A stretch of DNA of 64,000 nucleotides, from the NCBI RefSeq assembly GCF_009914755.1, contig NC_060947.1; one strand, given 5' to 3'. Below the pieces are notes generated by a model. The model saw only the letters and a program-made list of their open reading frames with translations, ran no database searches and was not told where the DNA came from. Position 1 is the stretch's first letter; each line of letters opens with the position of its first letter. The stretch comes from the human T2T-CHM13v2.0 reference genome, Homo sapiens. A program made the position numbers and the translations under genes. This document shows positions 1-15,310 of this stretch, piece by piece.

Positions 1-129
1 AGTGGGTTCCCAGACTCATCCTGTGGTCACTTCCCCAGTGCCAGAATGCATAATTGGCATGACATATTTAGCAGCTGGCAGAATCCCCACATTGGCTCCC
101 TGACTGGTAGGGTGAGAGCGATAATGGTG

Positions 130-2690
130 GGAAAGGCCAAATGGAAGCCATTAGAACTGCCTCTTCCTAGAAAAATAGTAAATCAAAAACAATATCACAT
201 CCCTGGAGGGATTGCAGAGATTATTGCCACCATCAAAGACTTGACAGATGCAGGGGTTGTGATTCCCACCCCATCCCAATTCAACTCTCCCATTTAGACT
301 GTGCCGAAGACAGATGGATCTTGGAGAATAACAGTGAATTATCGTAAGCTTAACCAAGTGGTGACTCCAATTGCAGTTGCTGTATCAGATGTGGGTTCAT
401 TGCTTGAGCAAATTAGCACGTCTCCTGGTACCTGGTATTGCAGCCATTGACTTGACAAATGCCTTTTTCTCCATTCCTGTCCATAAAGCCTGCCAGAAGT
501 AATTTGCCTTCAGCTGGCAAGGTTAACAATATACCTTTACTGTCCTACCTCAGGGGTATATTAACTCTGGCTTTGTGTCGTAATCTTATTTGGAGAGACC
601 TTGATCACTTTTTGCTCCCACAAGATATCACATTGGTCTATTACACTGATGACATTATGCAGATTGGATCCAGTGAGCAAGAAGTAGCAAACACACTGGA
701 CTTATTGGGGAGACATTTGTGTACTAGAGGACGGGAAATAAATCTGACTAAAATTCAGGGACCTTCTACCTCAGTAAAATTTCTAGGGGTCCAGTGGTGT
801 GGGACCTGTTGAGATATTCCTTGTAAGGTAAAGGATAAGTTGCTGTACTGGGCCCCTCCTACAACCAAGAAAGAAGCACAACGCCTAGTGGGCCTATTTG
901 GATTTTGGAAGCAACACTTTCCTCATTTGGGTGTGTTGCTTGGGCTGATTTATTAAGTGCCCTGAAAGTCTGCCAGTTTTGAGTGGGATCCAGAAGAGGA
1001 GAAGGCTCTGCAACATGTCCAGGCTGTTGTGCAAGCTGCTCTGCCACTTTAGCCATGTGACCCAGCATATCCAAAGCTGCTTGAAGTGTCAGTGGCAGAT
1101 AGTGATGCTGCTTGGAACCTTTGGCAGGTTCCCATAGGTGAATCACAGACGAGGACTCTGGAATTTTGGAGCAAGACCCTGCCATCTTCTGCAGATAACT
1201 ACTCTCCTTCTGAAAGACAGCTCTCAGCCTGTTACTGGGCTTTAGTGGAAACTGAATGTTTGACTGTGGGTCATCAAGTCACCATGTGACCTGAACTGCC
1301 TATCATGAACTGGGTGCTTTCTGACCCATCTAGCCATAAAGTGGGTCATGCAAAGAAGCATTCCATCATCAAATGAACTGGTATATATGTGATCAAGCTC
1401 AAGCAGGTCCTGGAGGCACAAGTAAGTTACATGAGGAAGTGGCTCAAATGCCCATGGTCTCCACTCCTGCGATCCAGCCTGCACCAATGGCCTCACGGGG
1501 AGTTTTCTATGATCTGTTGACAGATGAAGAGAAGACTCAGGCCTGTTTCACAGACAGTTCTGCACGATATGCAAGCACCACCCAAAAGTGGACAGCTGCA
1601 GCACTACAGCCCCTTTCCAGGACATCTCTGAAGGACAGTGGTGAAAGGGAATCTTCCTAATGGGCAGAACTTTGAGAAGAGCACCTGGTTGTGTATTTTG
1701 CATGGAAGGAGAAATGGCCAGGTGTGTGATTATATACTGACTCATGCGCTGTAGCCAACAGTTTGGCTGGATGGGCAGGGACTTGGAAGAAACATGATTG
1801 TAAAATTGGTGACAAAGAAATTTGGAGGAGAGGTATGTGGATGGTCCTCTCTGAATGGTCAAAAACTATGAAGATATTTATACCCCCTGTGAGTGTGCAC
1901 CAACAGATAGCCTCAGCAGAGGAGGATTTTAATAATCAAGTGGATAGGATGACCCATTCTTTGGCTATCACTCAGCCTCTTTCCCCAGCCAACCATGTCA
2001 TCGCCAAATGGGACCATGAGAAAAGTGGCCATGGGGGCAGGCGTGGAGGTTATACATGGGTTCAGAAACACGGGCTTCCACTCACCAAGGCTGATCTGGC
2101 TACAGTCAATTTTCCGGGAGCAGAAACCAACTCCAAGCCCTCGATATGGCACCATTCCCTGGGGTGATCAGCCAGCTACGTGGTGGCAGGTTGATTATAT
2201 TGGACCTCTTTCATCATGGAAAGGGCAGATGTTTGTCCTCACTAGAATAGACATTTACTCCAGATATTGGTTTGCCTATCCTGATTGCAATGCTTCTGCT
2301 AAGACTACCATCCGTGGACTCACAGAATGCCTTATCCACCGTTATGATATTCCATACAGCATTGCCTCTCACCAAGGCACTCACTTTATGGCTAAAGAAG
2401 TACAGCAGTGGGCTCATGCTCATGAATTCACTGGTCTTACCATATTCCCCATCACCCTGAAGCAGCTGGATTGGTAGAATGATGGAATGGCCTTTTGAAG
2501 TCACAATTACAATGCCAACTAGGTGACAATACTTTGCAGGGCTGGGGCAAAATTCTCCAGAAGGCCTTGTATGCTCTGAATCAACATTCAGTATATGTTA
2601 CTTTCTCCCATTGCCAGGATTCAAGGTTCCTGAAATCAAGGGGTGGAAGTGAAAGTGGCACAACTCAACATCACCCTTAGTGATCCACTA
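130..2690 (+). pseudogene. pol: HERV-L pol remnant (RT, RNase H, integrase) with many stops and frameshifts
   Basis: Fragmented ORFs 46-297, 459-812, 1086-1289, 1373-1660, 1763-2167, 1995-2477 and 2495-2680 are collinear pieces of an ERVL pol. Boundaries are approximate. Confidence 0.9.
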
Positions 2691-2699
2691 GCAAAAATT

Positions 2700-2990
2700 T
2701 TGCTTCCTCTTCCTGCAACATTACGTTCTGCTGGCCTAGAGGTCTTGGTTCCAAAGGGAGGAATGCTGCCACCAGGAGACACAACAATGATTCCATTAAA
2801 CTGGAAGTTAAGTTTGCCACCTGGACACTTTGAGCTCCTCCTACCTTTAAGTCAAAAGGCTAAGAAGGGACTTATAGTGTTGGCTGGAGTGATTACCTGG
2901 ACGATCAAGATGAAATCAGTCTGCTACTCCACAGTGGAAGTAAGGAAGAGCACACATGGAATACAGGAGATCCATTAGGGCGTGTCTTCA
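2700..2990 (+). pseudogene. ERVL dUTPase remnant downstream of integrase
   Basis: ORF 2643-2978 includes 'WKLSLPPGHFELLLPLSQKAKKGLIVLAGVI'. A dUTPase after integrase is characteristic of ERV-L. Confidence 0.8.
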
Positions 2991-3341
2991 TCAATACCAG
3001 CTACAACCATGTCACCAGCTGCAGAAATGAGGACGATAACTGTCATGAGTATTTCCTCCTTGTTTTGTTAAAAACATGTTTGTGCATGTACCAGTTGTAC
3101 TAAGGAAATATCTTCCTTTTATTTTCTTTTCCTTTATCATGTTACATAAGATTTATTGACTTCATATAAACATTTAATTATTTATGTAATAGTATTGGTG
3201 TTGGGGATTGGTTCGTTTTCGGTTGTATGAAGCATAGTTGTATTATGTTCAGCGTAATTATGACCTCATTATTTTCTTAACTTAAAAATTATGTATGATC
3301 TCAGGAGGTATATATGGGTTCAAGTTGACAAGCGGCGTACT

Positions 3342-3597
3342 TGTGATGGTTAATACTGAGTGTCAACTTCATTGGATTGAAGAATACAAAGTATTAATCC
3401 TGGGTGTTCCTGTCTGGGTGTTGCCAAAAGAGATTAATGTTTGAGTCAGTGGGTTGGGGAAGGCATATCCACTCTTAATCTGGTGGCACAACCTAATCAG
3501 CTTCCAGCCAATGTAAAGCAGGCAGAAAAACGTGAAATGCAGAGATGGGCCTAGCCCCCCATCCTATAAGTTTCTCCCGTGCTGGATGCTTCCTGCT

Positions 3598-3631
<34 letters not shown>

Positions 3632-3830
3632 TATATATACATATGACATATAGTCATGTATATGTATACTATATATGTATATATATGACTGTATATAGTT
3701 CTCTACATATATAGATCTATATATATAGAAATAATAAGATATATATATATCCTATACATAACTATAGGGCTAACAGGATATATATATATCCTATTAGTTT
3801 TGTCCCTCTAAGAGAACGCTGACTAATACA
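3342..3830 (+). mobile_element. MLT2A (MLT2A1-like) 3' LTR of HERV-L, internally deleted, with expanded TA/CA microsatellite
   Basis: Starts TGTGATGGTTAATACTGAGTGTCAAC and ends GACTAATACA (TG...CA). Confidence 0.92.
3598..3790. repeat. (TA)n/(CA)n low-complexity tract inside the MLT2A LTR
   Basis: Directly visible. Confidence 0.95.
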
Positions 3831-3995
3831 TAGCTTTTACTGTTGATTATTTCCATCCTTATGTCCATGTGTACCCAATGCTCAGCTCCCACATAAAAAT
3901 GAGAACATACAGTATTTGATTTCCTGTTTCTGAATTATTTTACTCATGATAATGGCCTCCAGCTCTATCCATGTTGCTGAAAAGAATATGATTTC
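3831..3995 (-). mobile_element. Old L1 (L1PB-like) 3' UTR piece; continues at 8613
   Basis: '...ccatgttgctgaaaagaatatgattt' at 3995 resumes as 'tgattt...ttttttatggctgcattgtatt' at 8613. Confidence 0.75.
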
Positions 3996-4075
3996 CTACA
4001 TTTCTATAATTTTTAATTATTTTTATAATTTTTTGAGTACCTAGTAGGTGTTTATATTTATAGGGTACATGAGAT
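3996..4075 (-). mobile_element. L1MA1/2-like extreme 3' end (about 75 bp)
   Basis: 'ttttgagtacctagtaggtgtttatatttatagggtacatgagat' matches the recalled L1MA1/2 terminus. Confidence 0.7.
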
Positions 4076-6792
<2,717 letters not shown>

Positions 6793-8610
6793 AAGGCCAC
6801 TAACTCTTAGATTTTCCCTTTGGGGACTATTTTTTAGCTTTTGTGGGAGTGCTTTATTTTTAAAATATGTTTGTACTTTGTCTTCTCAGACTGTGTTTGT
6901 TTTCAAGTAACTTGTTTTCAAGTTCTCTAATTTTTTTGTTTGATAAATTATGCTTTTATGAGACTCCGATGTATTCTTCAGTATGTCAGTTGCATTCATC
7001 AACTCCAGAATTTCTGTTTGGTTCTTTATAATTATTTAAGTCTCCTCAGTCTACCTGACAGAATTCTGAATTCTTTCTCCGTGTTGTCTTTAATTTCCTC
7101 TAGTTTCCTCAAAACAGTTATTTTATGTTCTCTATCTGAAATGTTACATATCTTCGTCTCTCCAAGATTAGTTCTTGGTGATTTATTTAGTTTGTTTGGT
7201 GAAGTTACGTTTTCCCGGGTAGTCTAAATGCTTGTGAATGTGTGTTGGTTTCTGAGTATTGAAGGTTTAGGTATTCATTGTAGCCTTTGCTGTCTCAGAT
7301 TGGTTTTTCCCAGCCTTCTTATGACGCCTTTTCAGATATTTGATGGAACTCAGGTGTTTTGATCTAAGTTTTCAGTAACTGTAGTCGTATCTGCATTTGT
7401 TAGTAACCCAAGCTCAGTAATCATGTGGCACTTGCAGACTTGTAGAGACCTACTCGGTGGTCTTGGATAGAATCCAGATTTCTCTGGATTACCAGGCAGG
7501 GGCTCTTGTTCTCTTTCCTTATGTTATCCCAAAGAAACAGAGCCTCTCTTTCTGTTCTTAGGTATCTGGAGCTATGAGAGGGGTTACACAGGTACTCCTG
7601 TGGTCAACAAATGTGTATATGTTGAGTCAGGCCTGAAGCCAGCACATTATGCAGTTTTGCTCAAGGTCTGTGGTAATCACTACCTGGCTACTGCCTGTGA
7701 TTGTTCAGGTCTGTGTAGTCAGCAGGTGGTGAATCTTGCCAGGACTGAGTCCTTTCATTCATTGCAACAGGTTCCATTCTGGTGAAGGGCATGTTTATAA
7801 ATGTGATCCAGGAGCTAGAGTGTGAAATGGGTTCCTCAAGACTCTGCATGATATTCTATCCTACTATAGCTGAGCTGGTTTCCAAGTTGGAAGAAAATGT
7901 TCTTTTTACTCTTCCCTCTCTTCTCCTCAGGTGGCAGGGTGGCAGAAGGAGTTTCTCCTATAATGGTTAACTTTGTTGTCTGAGGTTGGAAGAAAAGTGG
8001 TGTAAGCACTCTCTTGTCCACTCCAGCTTGTGTTTCACTGGGTTGTGTGTCCCCCAAGTCCACTCACTCTGAGGCCAACAAAGCAACATGACTTGCCCCG
8101 ATATTTCAGTCCTTGTAGCCTAGACTGCCTTTCAAGTTTATTTTAAACCCCAGAGCACTATAGCCCAAAGTTGTAATGCTTTCTGGAATTCAGGTTACAA
8201 CTAGTGGGATGGGTGATTCCCCTCTGGCTCTGGCTGGTTAAAACGCTCCCTTCATGGGCACCAGTTGATTTCTGCCCCATGTTGCTTTCTATTGTGACAG
8301 GAAAACACTGAGTTCCAGTGCATGGTTCCACTGTGATTCCTCTCCCTAAATTACACAGATTCTCTCTGATTGCCACATGGCCACTGTCAAGGGATGAGGG
8401 ATGGATAGCATTAGCAATTCAAGATGGCCTTTTCTATCCTCTTTAGTGCCTCTTTTAGTGATACAAATTTAAAACTAGGTACTGTGATTGTTCATCTGAG
8501 TTTTGGTTTTAATAAATGTGCTGTTTTATGTGAATAGTTGCTGAATTAGTTTTTCTTGCAGGGAGGAAGATCGGTGAAAACTTCTATTAACTCATCTTGC
8601 TCCACATCCC
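6793..8610 (-). mobile_element. L1M1/L1MA-type 5' UTR and start of ORF1
   Basis: The reverse complement at 8610 begins gggatgtggagcaagatg...aatagaag, resembling the L1M1 5' end. Confidence 0.75.
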
Positions 8611-9972
8611 ACTGATTTAATCAGTTTTTTTTATGGCTGCATTGTATTTCATGTTGTGTGTATGCCACACTATTTTTATCCAATCATACATTGAAGAAGA
8701 GTTAGGTTGATTACATGACTATCTTATTGTGAATAACATTGTGATAAACATGAGTTCAGGTGTATTTTTTATGTAATAATTTTTTTTTCTTTTGGATAGA
8801 TGTCCAGTACTGACACTGCTAGGTGAAATGGTAGTTCTATGTTTAGTTCTTTGAGACATCTCCATAATTTTCCCATAGATGTTGTATTAATTTACATTCT
8901 CACCAACAGTGTGGGAAACAAAAGGTGATCTTTTCTTTGACACAAACATCTGTTCTTTTTTGATTTTTAAATAATACCCTTTCTCTCTGATATAAGATGA
9001 TATATCATTTTTCTAACTATTAGTGATGTTGAGTATTTTTAGTAGGTTTCTTGCCCACTTGTATGTCTTATTTTTTAAAAAGTCTGTTCATGTTCTTTTC
9101 CCATTTTAAAATGGGATTTGTTTTCTTCTTGTTGAGTTTTTGAAGTTCATCATAGACTCTGGATATTAGTCCTTTGTCAGAGGCATAATTTGCAAATATT
9201 TTATCCCATTTTTTACATTGTCCATTTACCCTGTTGATTATTATTTTTTGCTGTGCGGAAGCTTCTTAGTTTGGTTAAGTTCCATTTGTCTATTTTTGCT
9301 TCTTTTGTATTTTCTTTTGGGGTCACGGACATAAATTCTTTGGCTAGACCAATATCCTAAAAAGTATTTCCTAGGTTTTCTTCTAGGACTTTATAGTTTT
9401 AAGTCTTAGATTTAGGTCTTTAATTCACCTTGAGTTAACTTTTGTATATGGTGAGAGATAGTGATCTAGTTTTATTCTTCTTCATATGGCTAGAAATTTT
9501 TTCCAGCACCATTTAATAAAATATGAGTTTTTCCCGTTTAGTTTTGTCAACCTTGTCAAAGATCAGTTGGTTGTAGGTATGCAACTTTATTTCTGGGTTC
9601 TCTGTTCTTGATCTATGTGTCTATTTTTGGACCAGCACCATACGATTTAAGTCACTGTTGCTTTCTAGTATTATTTGAAGTCAGGTAATGTAATTACTCC
9701 AACTATTTTCTTTTTGCTTATGGTTGCTTTGGCTATTCAGGCTCTTTTTTGGTTTCTTATGAATTTTGTGATTGTTTCTTCTAATTCTGTAAAAAACGAC
9801 ATTAGTCTTTTTGATAGATATTTTGTTGAACCCGTAGATTGCTTTGGGCAGTATGGACATTTTATATTGATTCTTTCAATCCATAAGCATGAAATGTTTT
9901 TCCATTTGTTTGTGTCATCTATGGTTTCGTTCATTAGTGTTTTGTAGTTCTCCTTGTAGGAGTTTTCACCTC

Positions 9973-10324
9973 TGTATTAGTCCATTTTTTACACTGCTGA
10001 TAAAGACCTACCTGAGACTGGTTAATTTATAAAGGAAAAAAGGGTGAAAAGGACTTTTCTGCATGGCTGGGGAGGCCTCATAATCATGGTGGAATGCAAG
10101 GAGGGGTAAGTCACATTTTACATGAATGGCAGCAGGTAAAAAGAGCTTGTGCAGGGAAACTCCTTCTTATAAAACCATCAGGTCTCCTGAGATGTTATTC
10201 ACTATCATGAGAACAGCATGGGAAAGACCTGTCCCTATGATTCAATTACCTGTCACTGGATCCCTCCCACAATACATGGGAATTCAAGATGAGATTTTGG
10301 TGGGGACACAGCCAAACCATATCA
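9973..10324 (-). mobile_element. THE1 (B/C-like) MaLR solo LTR
   Basis: TGTATTAGTCC...AAACCATATCA, 352 bp, with a perfect 5-bp TSD ACCTC (9968-9972 and 10325-10329). Confidence 0.95.
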
Positions 10325-12560
10325 ACCTCTTTGGTTAAATATATTCCTACCTATTTTATTCTTTTGTGTGGCTCTCATAAATAGGTTTGAGTTCTTCATT
10401 ATTTCTCAGCCTGTATACTGTTGGTGTATGAAAATTCTATTTTTTTTACATTGATTGTGTGTCCTAAAACTTTATTGAGGTCAGTCATCCAGTCTAGGAG
10501 TGTTTTGAAAAAGTCTGTAGAATTTTCTAGGTATAAGATCATGCCATAAGCAAACAGAGCTAATTTGACTTTCTTTTTTCTTTTTTCTTTTTTTCAATTT
10601 GGATGACTTTTATTTTTTTCTCTTGCTTGAGATTTTGAGTTCCATGTTGAAAAGGAGTGGTGAATGTCTTTTGAGGCATGTTCCTTCAATGTCTAGTTTA
10701 TTAAGGGTTTTTTATCATGAGGGAATGTTGGAATTTATTAAATACTTTTAGTGTATCTTTTTAGATGCTCATAATGTTTTTCTTTCTAATTCTTTTTATG
10801 TGGTGAATCACTTTCATTGATTTGCAAATGTGCAAATGTATTTTCATTCCTGGAATAAATTACCCTTCATCATGATAAATTATCTTTTTGATGTGCTGAT
10901 GGATGGTTTGCTAATATTTTGTTTAGGATTTTTTGTTCACATTCATCAAAGCTATTATCCTGTAGCTTCCTTTCTTTGTGATGTCCTTGCATGATTTTTG
11001 TATCAGGTTGATACAGTTTTGAAGAATGGATTAGTGGGGAATGTCTCCTCCTTGATTATTTGAAATAGTTTTAGTAAGATTGGTACTCGCTTTTCTTTAT
11101 ATCTGGTAAAATTTGCCTGTAAATTTATCTGGCCATGGGCTTATTTTATGTTGTAAGATTTTTTAAAATTACCAATTCACATTCAATACTTATTGGTTTG
11201 TTCATGATTTCTATTTCTTCCTGATTCAGTCTTGGGAGGTTGTATGTTTCCAAAAATTTATCTATTTCCCCTGGGTTTTCTAGTTTGTGCACAGAGATGT
11301 TTACAGTAATCTCTGATGATCTTTTGTATTTATGTGATATCTGTTGTCATGTCACCTTTATTGTATCTAATTGTGCTTTATAAAATTTTCTTACTCTTTT
11401 TTCTTGGTTAAACTAGCTAACAGTCTATTGATTTTGTTTATCCTCTAAAAATCTAATTGTTTTTAATCCATTTTTTTGGTCTTAATTTTATTTAGTTCTG
11501 TTCTTATATTTTTTTTATTTTTTCCTTTATGTTAGCTTTTGTTTTGACTTGTTCTTGCTTTTATAGTTCTTTGAGGTGTAGTGTTAGGTTGTTAATGTGA
11601 GATCTTTCTATCTTTTTGATGTAAGCATTTAATACTATAAAATTTCCTCTTAGTACTGCTTTCACTATATCCCAGACATCTTGGTATATTGTATTTGTAA
11701 TTTATTTGTTTCAAAAAATTTTTTTGATTCCTACCTTAATTTCATTGTTTTCTCAAAAGTCATTCAAGAGGAATTTGTCTAGTTTCTATGTACTTGTTTC
11801 ATTCTGAGAGTTTCTTTTGGTATTGATTTCTATTTTTATTTTACTGTTTTCTGAGACAATATTTGGCTTTATTTTTTAATTGTTAGAGACTTACTCTGTG
11901 GACAAACATATGGTCAATATTACAGAATATTCTATGCAGAGTTGAGAAAAATGAACATTCAACAATTGTAGGGAAGAATGTTCTATACATGTCTATTAAG
12001 GACATTGGTGTAGAGTCCAGTTCAAGTCAAGAGTTTTTTGGTTGACTTTCTGCCTATCTTCTTTGTCTTTTTGAACCTGTTTAATCTGATATAAGCATGG
12101 CCACTGCCGCTTGCTTTTGTTTTTCATTTTGCTTTGAGTCTGTGGGCAACTTTATCCGTATGGTGGATCTTTTGTAGGCAAGAGAAGGTTGAATTTTTTT
12201 AAATCCAAATTACTAGTCTATATATTTTAAATGGAGCATTTAGGCCATTTACGTTCATGGTTAATATTGATTTGTGAGATCTTGTTCCTGTCACAGTTTT
12301 GTTAGGTAATTGCTTTAGAGTCTCAATTGTGTAATTGCTCACTAGAACGTGTGAGCTTTCTAGTTACATATATTTTTTATGATAGTAAATATTGTCCTTT
12401 TGTTTCCATGTTTGGAATTCTTTTGAGCAGTTCCTGTAGTATCAGTTTGGTGGTGACAAATTCCCTTAGTGTTTGGTGGTCTGGGAAATACTTTATTTCT
12501 CCTTCATTTATGAAACATAGTTTGGCAGGATATAAAATTTTTGGCTAATGTTTCTATTTC

Positions 12561-12693
12561 TTTTTTTAAAAGACAATCGAGATGGGGTCTTTCTGTGTTG
12601 CTCAGGCTGGTCTTAACTCCCAGGTTCAAGTGATCCTCCTACCATGGCCTCCCAATATGCTAAGATTACAGGCATGAGCCACCATGCCTAGCC
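12561..12693 (-). mobile_element. Alu left monomer (FLAM/AluJ-like)
   Basis: gagatggggtct...gattacaggcatgagccaccatgcctagcc; single arm. Confidence 0.85.
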
Positions 12694-15310
12694 TCTTTTT
12701 TCTTCAAAGAGGCTACAAATAGGCTCCCAATCTCTTCTGGCTTATAACATTTCTACTGAGAAATCTGCTGTTAGTCTGATAGAATTTGCTTTATAAGTAA
12801 TTTGGCACTTCTCTCTAGCTCCTTTGAGCATTTGTTCTTGCATGACGACCTTGGAAAGTTTGATGACTCTATTTTTTGGTGATGCTCATCTTGTATAGTG
12901 TCTTCTGGATGTTCTCTGAATCTCTTGTATCTTGAGGTCTATGTCTCTAGAAAAAATGGAAAAATTTCCCTAAATTTTTTCTTTAAATATGCTTTCCAAT
13001 ATTCTTAGTTTTTATTCTCCCTCAGGGATGTATAGATATCATAGGTTTGGTTAATTTAAATAATCTCATATTTCTCAAGGGCTTTATTCAGGTTTTAAAA
13101 TTATTTTTTCTTTTCCTTTTTTGTCTAGCTGAGTTAATTCAAAAGATCAGTCTCCGAGCTCTAAAATTTTTTCTTCTGCTTGGTTTATTCTGTTGCTAAA
13201 GCTTTCAACTGTGTTTTAAAATTTTTTCAGTAAATATTCTATTTCCAGAAATTCTGCTCAGTAAAAAAAAACTCTCCTAAATTATTATTTCTTGTTTATT
13301 TGTATTGGTGTTAAATTTTCTTTTGTTATTAAGCCTTCTTACTCTCCATTTATTCATTTATTGAAGTCATTGCACTTCCTTATGCACTATTTTTTGAATT
13401 CTTTATCTGTCATTTCAAAATTTTTGTTTAGGATTCATTGCTAGAGAACTAGTGTGATAATTTGGGGATGTCGTAACTCTCTGTTTCTTCATGTTGCAGG
13501 ATTTCTTGTACCGGTTTTTTCTTACCTATAGAAAGTTCAGTTCTTATTTTTGTATTTACTTTTCTGAGGGTGGAATTGTTTTATTTCCCCCTTGAGAATG
13601 TGACTGTTGTCCATTTTAGGTACCATCTTTTAGGTTTTCTTATATGTGCTTTTATTAGGCCAAGGCTCTGTATGAATTCCTTGGTTATGGATAGACTTAA
13701 TGTTGTAGTGGTGGTCTCTCAAATGACAGTTGTGTGTAGATTTTAGTAGTGGTGTGTTGTGTGTGGTTAGGCTCACTGTCTCCTACAGAGATGGGAAGAT
13801 ATAGGTCTTAGGAGGCTTATATTATTTCCCATTGCCTTGTGTTTCTGTCAGCAGGAATTATATTGGATTGTGCAGTTCATTTTGCAGGCCTGACATTTTT
13901 AAGTATGACCCAGCTGAGCTCTGCACAATGATGTCAGCAGTTGTGAAGGGCCGCGCAGTTTGATTCTCTGGCCAGTAGGTGGCATTTGAATGTGAGAAGT
14001 AATTTCAGTAATGGCAGTGGGATTTTTACTTGGGCCTTGCTGATTGTAGAAGTACTGAAATGTTCCTGGCTATGAGTGGTCAGTAGCCCTCTCAAGACTT
14101 TGTTCCATGCTCTTCTTCCATGGTGGCTGGAGAGGGCAGAGCTGGGTGGAGTTAGGTTAAGTGAGCCCACAACAAGGCTCTCTAAGGTGGGTGCAAGAAC
14201 TGACCATGGTTGGGGTCTATAGGCAACTCACAGGCAGTTTGGACAACACATCAGGGAGGGTTGGAATTATGTTCCTTCCATCACAGAGCCTACTCAGGAA
14301 AAAGTGGCAGCTTTGGGCTTTTAGCCCATTGGTCTACAATAGGACCTCTTCAGCATCCACACTCCTGACTCAGCAGGTGTTCCTCCAGCATCTGACAACA
14401 GGCCTGACTCATTATGCTATTGCCAAGCCATCCATGCCAAGACTGATGAGCCTTTTTACACATTCGAGACTGTGAGACTCCTTGTAGCAGAAACCTTGGC
14501 TATCTGGTCATAATCTTCCCAGTTCAGCCCTGCAAAGTGAAAGGCACCCAGCTCTTACACAGCCACACTCTTCTGAGCCACACTCTTCTCTGTTATCAGA
14601 AGGTGAGAGCTCCTCCTTCACTTAAAATCAGTCGACAAATCTTATTTCAATACCCCTGGGCAGTATGCTTGACCACTGGGGAACTGTGACCAGGCCATTG
14701 GATTTGTCCTCTTGCCCTTCAGAGTCAAGCATTAGCTGTAATGTGGGGGTAAACTGCTCCCAGCATACCAAAAAACCACTCAGGCAGGGCAATGGAGACT
14801 GTGCTGTGAATACTCCTATGTGGAAACAGCCAGGCAAGCAGCCTTGCAAGTAACCAACAGTTATGGGGGTACAAGATTCAGATGCATTTCAGTCCTATGT
14901 CAATGACAGTGGGGACTATCTTGGACATGTGAGTGTGCATGGGCTCTTTCTCCCTACTTGTCACATAGTAGGAGCTGTAGCTGCTTAGGGCAGGATACAC
15001 AGTCTTGAGAGTTAGGCCTCCAGAGTTTCATTTTGCTGGTTTTGCTCAGCACATTGAAGTCTTTTGGGCTCCATATGTGTTCAGGCAATGCCTTTCTGTG
15101 TTCCTCACACAGCTTCCCTGCTAGTTCAAAGTTTTGTGGGGCTGATGGAAACTCCTACAGGTAGCATACCAGAAGTTCATGGTAAAAATGTGGTGTCCCA
15201 GGTTTCTTTACTCATCCTAGTTTTGGGTCTGGTCCAGGTCTTGGGGCCATTTTTCCTGGCAACACCAAGCTGGCAGCCCCACTTCCTTTATCTTCAATTA
15301 CAGCATCTTC

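Larger units (their letters stand above)
1..3341 (+). mobile_element. HERV-L (ERVL) internal region, 3' part (end of protease region, pol, dUTPase; no env); continues left of the window
   Basis: ORF fragments give KAKWKPLELPLP, RT 'LVYYTDDIM', integrase 'WWQVDYIGPL' and dUTPase-like 'GLEVLVPKGGMLPPGDTTMIPLNWKL'. It runs directly into an MLT2-type LTR. Confidence 0.95.
8613..15310 (-). mobile_element. Old near-full-length L1 (L1PB-like) with internal deletions; hosts a THE1 LTR and an Alu monomer
   Basis: Degenerate antisense ORF2 (e.g. 9737-9934 'DDTNKWKNISCLWIERIN'), an ORF1-like region at about 12.3-13.5 kb, a more GC-rich 5' UTR-like region, and terminal 'gcatcttc' (aagatg on the minus strand). 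Confidence 0.75.
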
